The notes under the pieces were generated by a model, which worked only from the letters and a program-made list of their open reading frames with translations, was not told the DNA's origin and did not search any database. Positions 58,014 to 64,000 of a stretch of 64,000 nucleotides of DNA are shown in pieces. The stretch's first letter is position 1. Each line of letters opens with the position of its first letter. Made by a program: the position numbers and the translations under genes. Origin of the DNA: Bacteriovoracia bacterium (lineage in GTDB: Bacteria > Bdellovibrionota > UBA1018 > CAIPTA01); assembly GCA_050246755.1 (NCBI GenBank), contig JBFWVL010000003.1:258623-322622 (forward strand). Direction: 5' to 3'.

Positions 58014-61000
58014 TTAGTGGCCAATTCCAGTTTTAAAATTTTTCATATGTTTCTCGAAAATCAAATAAAGCGAAGGAAGCACAATCAAGGTGAGCAAGGT
58101 GGAAGAAATAATTCCTCCAATCACTACCGTGGCCAGTGGCCGCTGCACTTCTGATCCTACGCCGGAAGAGAGCATCATCGGCACAAAGCCGAATACTGCC
58201 ACGAGTGCTGTCATTAGCACCGGTCGCAGCCGAATCATGGTGGCCTTCTTCACCAGGGTGATTCCTTCCAAGTTCTCCGTGGAGCGTACATGGTTGAAGT
58301 AATTCACGAGCACCACCCCGTTCAAAACCGCGATCCCGGAAAGAGCGATGAAGCCAATACCTGCCGATATGCTGAATGGCAGCCCCATCAGGATGAGATT
58401 CACGATTCCACCAACCAGGGCGAGTGGCACGCAGCTAAAAATTAGTAGAGTTTGAGCGACGCTTCCGAAAGCCGCGTAGATCATCATCAGCACCAACGCC
58501 AGAGCGATGGGCATCAAAATCAGCAATCGCTTTTTAGCTTGCTCTAGGTTCTTAAAGTTCCCGCCCCATTCCACGAAGTAGCCTTCCGGCATCTTCACTT
58601 TTTCGCGCACAAGCTCCTCGGCTTCACGAACAAAGGATTCCGTATCGCGACCGCGTAGATTGATTAGCACGGCGGAGCGTCTGGAGGAATTTTCACGGTT
58701 AACGGAACCGAAAGTTTCATTAAAAGCCAACGTGGCTACGTTTGATAAAGCGGTGGTAGCATTCCCGGGCAGACCAATGGGAATGCTCTTGATGGTATCG
58801 AGGTCTTGCCTGTCACTTTCTTTCAGACGCACCACGATGGGGTACTTCCTGTCGCCCTCGTAAATATGGCCCGCTTCTTCTCCACCGATAGCCACCGAGA
58901 TTGATTCAAGTACGTCAGAAAGATTGGCGCTGTAATTGGTTAGAAGCTCATGTTTGGGCGTAATGCGCAGAAGCGGCGAGGTTCCGGTAATGTCGGACTC
59001 CACGTCTCCAGCGCCGGGCACCTTTTCTACTACTTCCTGAACTTCACCAGCCAAGCGCATTAGGGTTGGCAAATCTGGGCCAAAGATCTTAACGGCCACA
59101 TCGGCGCGCGTGCCCTCCAAAAGCTCATTGAAGCGCATTTGAATGGGCTGCGAAGCTAGATAGTTCTGGCCAGGAAGCAGCTTTTCAAGCTTCGCGATCA
59201 TTGCATTCACTAGCTCCTCATAGCTTCGGCGAGATCCTTCCACTTTCGGCCAATCAGAGCGAGGCTTCAGCATAATGATCGCATCAGACACGTTAACGCC
59301 CATGGGATCGGTGGCAACTTCCGAAGTTCCGATGCGTGAAAACACCCGATCAACTTCGGGAAAGGTTTGCAGGATTTTATCGGCCTTTTCTTGCAATGCG
59401 ATGGACTGAGTTAGGCTCGTGTTCACCGGGCGAATCATGTGGAAAGCGAAAGAGCCTTCCCCAAGCTGCGGCAAGAACTCCGCTCCCCTCGTAGCGAAGA
59501 GACAAACACCCACCACTACCGCGCCAACTCCGATCCAAGCCACTCTCTTGGTATGAGCTAAAGCCCAGTCTAAAACCGGCAAGTACCATTTGCTGGCGAG
59601 GGCCATTAATTTTGGCTCTTTTTCTGAAGAGCTGCCGGTAAGCATCAAGCTGGCCAAAGCAGGAGCCGTGGTAAACGAAAGAATCAAAGCTCCGATCACC
59701 GCGATGGCGAAAGTGGCGGCCATGGGAACGAACATTTTTCCTTCGATTCCGGTAAGGGCGAATACGGGCAGAAAAACCATCACAATAATAAGCTCACCGA
59801 AGCCTGCCGCGCTGCGAATCTCCACCGCTGCTTCGTAGATGGCTTCCTGACGTTCCTCCATCGTGAGCGCTCTGCCTAAGGCATGAATTCTCGCCTGAAC
59901 GTGACGAACGCAGTTATCGAGCACGATCACGGTTCCATCCACGATAATTCCGAAGTCGAGCGCACCTAAGCTCATTAAGTTTCCGGAGAGGCCAAGGGGC
60001 CTCATCACCGTGAACGTGAAAAGAAGAGCGAAAGGAATCGTAAGAGCGGTAATCACCGCAGCGCGGATGTTCCCGAGAAGCAGCAGAAGCACGATCACCA
60101 CTAGGCTCGCACCCATCAGGAGATTGTGTTCGACGGTGCCTAGGGTTGCATTTACTAGCTCAGAACGATCGTAAACGGTATAAAGCTCGATATTCGCGGG
60201 GAGTACTTTCCGGATTTCCTTAATCTTGTCGTCTACACGAACCGCAACCGTGCGGCTATTTTCGCCGAGCAGCATCATGGCCGTACCCAATACCGCTTCG
60301 CGGCCGTTATAGGTGGCGGCGCCCGTGCGCAGCTCTTTCCCGAGTCCCACTGTTGCTACGTCCCCAATTCGTACCACTTTGTAGTTATCCAAAGTTTTAA
60401 CGGGAACGAGTTTAATATCTTCGGCAGACTTCAAAAGGCCCACGCCTTGAACCAAAAACTGTTCGGCGGTTTGTTCGATATAGCCGCCGCCAACGTTTTT
60501 GTTCACTTTGCGGAGCGCTTCTAAGATTTCCCCAAAGTGCACGCGAGAATTGGCCATCTTTTCGGGATCGGGTTGTACGTGGAATTGCTTCTCAAATCCT
60601 CCCGAGGTATTGATTTCGGCAACGCCTTCCACCGTAAGAAGCCTTGGCTTAATAAACCAGTTCTGCAGGGCTTTAACTTCCATCAGCTGCTCGAGTCGTT
60701 TTTCTCCCGTTGCTGGTTCCTTGAAATCTACAACGTACTGGTAAATCTCTCCGAGGCCCGAAGAGATTGGGCCCAGGGCCGGTTCTGCTCCAGGAGGAAG
60801 TTCGCGGGCGGCCGATTGTAGCCTTTCCGACACAAGCTGGCGCGCTCGGTAAATGTCCACGGAATCTTTAAACACTACCGTGATCTGCGAGAGGCCGAAT
60901 CGGGTAATAGAGCGCACTGATTCAACGCCCCCGATTCCGCGCATGGATGATTCCAGCGGAAAGGTAACTGTTCGTTCGATTTCTTCCGGCGCGAGTCCCT

Positions 61001-61160
61001 CAAGGGTGGTGTTAACCTGGACCTGATTGTTAGTGATGTCGGGAACCGCATCGATAGGAAGATGCTGGAAACTGTAGATACCAGCCACCACCAATAAAAG
61101 AGTGGCGAAGAGCACTAGGCCGCGGTGATACACTGAAAAATGAATTATCTTGTTAATCAT
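58014..61160 (-). CDS. czcA: CzcA-family heavy-metal RND efflux pump
   Basis: LPIDAVPDITNNQVQ, NLMSLGALDFGIIVDG, RLRPVLMTALVA and GSEVQRPLATVV motifs. Confidence 0.96.
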   Translation of the reverse strand: MINKIIHFSVYHRGLVLFATLLLVVAGIYSFQHLPIDAVPDITNNQVQVNTTLEGLAPEEIERTVTFPLESSMRGIGGVESVRSITRFGLSQITVVFKDSVDIYRARQLVSERLQSAARELPPGAEPALGPISSGLGEIYQYVVDFKEPATGEKRLEQLMEVKALQNWFIKPRLLTVEGVAEINTSGGFEKQFHVQPDPEKMANSRVHFGEILEALRKVNKNVGGGYIEQTAEQFLVQGVGLLKSAEDIKLVPVKTLDNYKVVRIGDVATVGLGKELRTGAATYNGREAVLGTAMMLLGENSRTVAVRVDDKIKEIRKVLPANIELYTVYDRSELVNATLGTVEHNLLMGASLVVIVLLLLLGNIRAAVITALTIPFALLFTFTVMRPLGLSGNLMSLGALDFGIIVDGTVIVLDNCVRHVQARIHALGRALTMEERQEAIYEAAVEIRSAAGFGELIIVMVFLPVFALTGIEGKMFVPMAATFAIAVIGALILSFTTAPALASLMLTGSSSEKEPKLMALASKWYLPVLDWALAHTKRVAWIGVGAVVVGVCLFATRGAEFLPQLGEGSFAFHMIRPVNTSLTQSIALQEKADKILQTFPEVDRVFSRIGTSEVATDPMGVNVSDAIIMLKPRSDWPKVEGSRRSYEELVNAMIAKLEKLLPGQNYLASQPIQMRFNELLEGTRADVAVKIFGPDLPTLMRLAGEVQEVVEKVPGAGDVESDITGTSPLLRITPKHELLTNYSANLSDVLESISVAIGGEEAGHIYEGDRKYPIVVRLKESDRQDLDTIKSIPIGLPGNATTALSNVATLAFNETFGSVNRENSSRRSAVLINLRGRDTESFVREAEELVREKVKMPEGYFVEWGGNFKNLEQAKKRLLILMPIALALVLMMIYAAFGSVAQTLLIFSCVPLALVGGIVNLILMGLPFSISAGIGFIALSGIAVLNGVVLVNYFNHVRSTENLEGITLVKKATMIRLRPVLMTALVAVFGFVPMMLSSGVGSEVQRPLATVVIGGIISSTLLTLIVLPSLYLIFEKHMKNFKTGIGH

Positions 61161-61173
61161 AAATATTTACCCA

Positions 61174-61692
61174 CTAGTGAGAGTGGCTGGCGCCCTCTTC
61201 GCCGATGATTTCCGCCGTGCGTAGAAAAGCCACGCCTCCGGTTACAATTTTGTCGCCAGCTTGCAATTGAGTGGAGCGGATGAATAAAGTGCTCCCCTTT
61301 CGGCTGATAACGTCGGCGGGGATTCGCTTGAACCATCCATCACGCTGGCGAAAAAGCGATTTCGCTTCTTTCACCTTTACCAAGCTCGAAGAATCAATAG
61401 TTGCCTCGGCAGAGGTAATATCTTGGAATTTCAGTTCGAAAGACTGGATAGCTTCAGGAGCCAGCCGAAAACCTAATTTCCCTTTTTCCGTTATACCTTT
61501 ATCCGGGCCGATAGCCGCCCCGCCCTCTTCCTCATGGCCGCCTTTTTCGTGTTCTTCGCCATCGGCGTGCTCATCGTGTCCGTCGGCCTCGGCTTCGTGA
61601 GATTCTGATTTCTTGTGTTCGTGCTCTTCCGCTAATACGGGCAAAGAAAGCGCCATGGATAGCATCAGCAACAATTGGCTAAGTTTTTTCAT
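61174..61692 (-). CDS. Short His/Glu-rich periplasmic protein in the czcB position
   Basis: Signal peptide, His-rich tract, and the adaptor-like tail LQAGDKIVTGG. Confidence 0.75.
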   Translation of the reverse strand: MKKLSQLLLMLSMALSLPVLAEEHEHKKSESHEAEADGHDEHADGEEHEKGGHEEEGGAAIGPDKGITEKGKLGFRLAPEAIQSFELKFQDITSAEATIDSSSLVKVKEAKSLFRQRDGWFKRIPADVISRKGSTLFIRSTQLQAGDKIVTGGVAFLRTAEIIGEEGASHSH

Positions 61693-62918
61693 TGTAGAAT
61701 CCCCTCAATATCTCCGCCCGTGAGTGTCATTAACTCGATATAGGATTCGATCGCGGCATTCTCATGCTCATGCTGAGATTCCATGTATTCTCCGATTTGG
61801 CGATGAGCTTCGATCACCACTGCACCTGAGGCCAAGCCCTGCTTAAAATAAGAGTCGATCTGATGATGTTTTTTCTTGATGTCTTGCCGGCCCGAGCCCT
61901 TAGCAAGGGATTCCACGGCGGACTTATACTTTTGAACCAATACGTCTTTTTCGTATTGGAATTTTTTTTCTGTATACGAAGACTCGAGGTCGGCTTGAAT
62001 AGCGCGGGATCTCGCCAGATCTTTTCCGCCACCATTCCATGAAAAAATCGGCAGACTGGCGGTCACATTGAAACCGTAGGACCAGGTGCGCTGCGGGCCA
62101 GAGGTGCTGCGCTCCAGAGAAGGGCCGATGGCGATTGTGGGCAAGGAATCAAATTTCGCCAAAGAATACTCAGCGGAAGCTTTCTCGGATTCGGCGATAG
62201 ACTTCTGCAAAGCCAAGCTGTGGCCCGAGGTAGTTCCAGCATTTATTTCCGGCCAACGATCACGAATGGGCGGAAAGTAATTTCTCTTCACTTCGAAATC
62301 ATTGCCCCAAATTGCTTTGAGCTTAGAGAAGATCTCTCCTCGCTCAACCTGCACGTGATTGCGCTTTAACTGGTAGTCGCTGCTGGCAAGCTGTAAAAGG
62401 CTGAGGGTAATTTCCTGCTCCGGCCCCCGGGCTCGACGGCCCTGCAATTGTTTTTGAATGGTGCCGAACGTATCAAGGGTTTCATTCACCATTTCGTAGT
62501 CGTCCTCAATTTGACGAAGGCGAAATAGATCCTTGAGCAATTCTTTTTTTAGGTCTGAAAGAGAAACGTCGGCTTCTACCTCTGCAAGGCGCTTTTCCGC
62601 GCTACCTACCGCCTTCTGGGAGCCCCTAGTCCAAAGCTGTGAGATCGGGAATGAAACATCTACTTCGGTGGATCCACTAGATTCGCCAGCGAGGCTTCCG
62701 CCCACGCTCTTCAGGGTAATAGCCGGATTTATCCATTGGCCCGATTTTGATAATGCGGCCTCTCCTTCGCGTCGTTTCTCCACCGTCAGCGACATCCTTG
62801 GATGCCGCTCCAAAGTGCAATGATAGAAATCGTGATAGTTTGCTATTTTCGAGCAATCATTTTTCTGCGCGAACGCAGGTGACGCGTATAAGGCGAACAA
62901 AGATATCAATAAATACAC
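61689..62918 (-). CDS. czcC: CzcC/TolC-family outer membrane protein
   Basis: WINPAI, LPTIAIG and SLPIFSWN motifs; first structural gene of the czc-like operon. Confidence 0.8.
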   Translation of the reverse strand: MYLLISLFALYASPAFAQKNDCSKIANYHDFYHCTLERHPRMSLTVEKRREGEAALSKSGQWINPAITLKSVGGSLAGESSGSTEVDVSFPISQLWTRGSQKAVGSAEKRLAEVEADVSLSDLKKELLKDLFRLRQIEDDYEMVNETLDTFGTIQKQLQGRRARGPEQEITLSLLQLASSDYQLKRNHVQVERGEIFSKLKAIWGNDFEVKRNYFPPIRDRWPEINAGTTSGHSLALQKSIAESEKASAEYSLAKFDSLPTIAIGPSLERSTSGPQRTWSYGFNVTASLPIFSWNGGGKDLARSRAIQADLESSYTEKKFQYEKDVLVQKYKSAVESLAKGSGRQDIKKKHHQIDSYFKQGLASGAVVIEAHRQIGEYMESQHEHENAAIESYIELMTLTGGDIEGILQ

Positions 62919-62961
62919 AAAATCCTCCGCAAAACGATTTAGTTACAGCTAAGGCCTGAAA

Positions 62962-63282
62962 CTAAACGGCAAGCGGCGGACGAGTATTTTGAATGAGGGA
63001 GGGATCGGAATAGAAAAGGAAATGCGAAGAAGAGAGAGACTTCACCGGAGCATCAGAAACTAAACGCACTGGTTCCGGCATAGTTCCAAGGTGAACGTGA
63101 ATCTGGCAGCAATGCTCAGGGGCCTGATCTTCAGGAGATGCATCTTTGTGAGGTGATTCGTCACCATGGCTTTGCACCTTGGTGGCGCTCTTTTCCAAGC
63201 TAGGAAAATGACCTGCGCAAGCGTCGATAGCCGACACTCCGAACGCGAAGATCACTAAAAATGCCCAGAAAACCTTGTTCAT
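62962..63282 (-). CDS. His/Cys-rich leader-type protein ending in RPP (CzcI/DUF2946-like)
   Basis: Signal-like N-terminus, HCCQIHVH and C-terminal TRPPLAV; 43 bp upstream of czcC. Confidence 0.7.
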   Translation of the reverse strand: MNKVFWAFLVIFAFGVSAIDACAGHFPSLEKSATKVQSHGDESPHKDASPEDQAPEHCCQIHVHLGTMPEPVRLVSDAPVKSLSSSHFLFYSDPSLIQNTRPPLAV

Positions 63283-63391
63283 TTCTTACCTTTTATCAAT
63301 CCCGACCATTATTGTCAATAACTCTAAATTTAGGCTCAACTGCCGGTTTAAGGCCCGGAGGCGGGAGTTTTAAGGCCCCGCCCCGGGAGGC

Positions 63392-63556
63392 TCATCTACG
63401 GTTATTCCGATCCCCTAGAAAGGCCCGACTTGGCGCCTCAGCTGGTTTAGAACAACCATCCTGAGTTAGTCCTCCAGCGCAGGCAGGTTTCCGCTCCACG
63501 GACGCGCAACTCGATACAAGTACACACAGCAATAAAATCCAAATACGTGGTTTCAC
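63392..63556 (-). CDS. Small lipoprotein (54 aa), below the ORF-track cutoff
   Basis: GGAG RBS and GTG start; MKPRIWILLLCVLVSSCASVERKPACAGGLTQDGCSKPAEAPSRAFLGDRNNRR. Confidence 0.55.
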   Translation of the reverse strand: MKPRIWILLLCVLVSSCASVERKPACAGGLTQDGCSKPAEAPSRAFLGDRNNRR

Positions 63557-63605
63557 ACATGCTCCAAATTAAGGTTTTATGAATTGGGGTCGTTAAAGAA
63601 TACGA

Positions 63606-63920
63606 CTAGCAAATGGGAGGACGAAGTTGGCCGTTCAAAGGGCCAGAGGAAAAGAGGACATCGGCGGCGCCTTGCTTAGATGAAGAGCTGCCAGAGACGA
63701 AAGATTGAAGCGACTGATTAAGGGTAAAGAGACAATGGCCCAGATGGCAGTCATGGCAAGCGGCATCGGCGTGCTCAGCAGGAGAGTGATCGCAGGCAGG
63801 AGAAGTGGCAGCGGTAATGGAAACATTCGAACAATCCTGCATAGCAAATGCCTCGGGAGCAGAGGCTGCGCCTAGCAGTGCTGCAATAACGAGGAAGAAT
63901 GCTAAAAGTCTTTTCACCAT
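63606..63920 (-). CDS. Second His/Cys-rich leader-type protein ending in RPP
   Basis: Signal peptide MVKRLL...AFA, CHDCHLGHC and C-terminal LRPPIC. Confidence 0.7.
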   Translation of the reverse strand: MVKRLLAFFLVIAALLGAASAPEAFAMQDCSNVSITAATSPACDHSPAEHADAACHDCHLGHCLFTLNQSLQSFVSGSSSSKQGAADVLFSSGPLNGQLRPPIC

Positions 63921-64000
63921 CTTAGAATACCATCGGCATTTGAAAGGCGCAATTGAGTGTTTTGTTTCGCTAGATACTGCAACCGATTTTAACATGTCTC

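Larger units (their letters stand above)
46243..64000. mobile_element. tRNA-anchored genomic island with defence remnants and heavy-metal efflux; right boundary not seen
   Basis: Visible drop in GC and change in codon usage straight after the tRNA; accessory and truncated genes; no intact integrase in the window. Confidence 0.8.

Overview
The window has two parts. Bases 1 to about 46240 are GC-rich core chromosome. Gene content suggests a Bdellovibrionota-like, possibly predatory bacterium (inference from an FHA-GGDEF DgcB-like cyclase, GYF_2 and PilZ proteins, a TIGR02147-like regulator and many exported hypothetical proteins). It holds the 3' part of alaS, an OppA-like lipoprotein, a c-di-GMP cluster, hutG, and a 2-oxoacid dehydrogenase/lipoylation operon (E1a, E1b, lipA, E2, lpdA, lipB) with a degenerate RibD-like gene and a PilZ gene inserted. 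It also holds an LD-carboxypeptidase, flagellin, dut, peptidases, argS, class II RNR nrdJ, sixA and a patatin. After tRNA-Arg(TCG) at 46166-46242 a visibly more AT-rich island runs to the window end. Its left half is a patchwork of broken genes: a nuclease-STAND (Avs-like) 5' fragment, a phospholipase C-like stub, and a cusA 5' half fused tail-to-tail with a CdnE-like CD-NTase 5' half. Between these are an intact MqsR-like/Panacea toxin-antitoxin pair, an orphan recombinase DNA-binding domain and an intact CapV/CapE-like patatin. Its right half carries an L,D-transpeptidase and a czc-like efflux cluster preceded by two His/Cys-rich ORFs ending in RPP. The best leads are the tandem RPP leader ORFs (possible metal-sensing arrest peptides), the split and divergent CBASS remnant, a decamer shared by two breakpoints, a 19/20 copy of the tRNA T-arm inside the patatin gene, a recurring R-x-[PILT]-A-S motif in unrelated exported proteins, and the RibD pseudoenzyme. 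All calls come from motif recognition by eye; no database searches were run.
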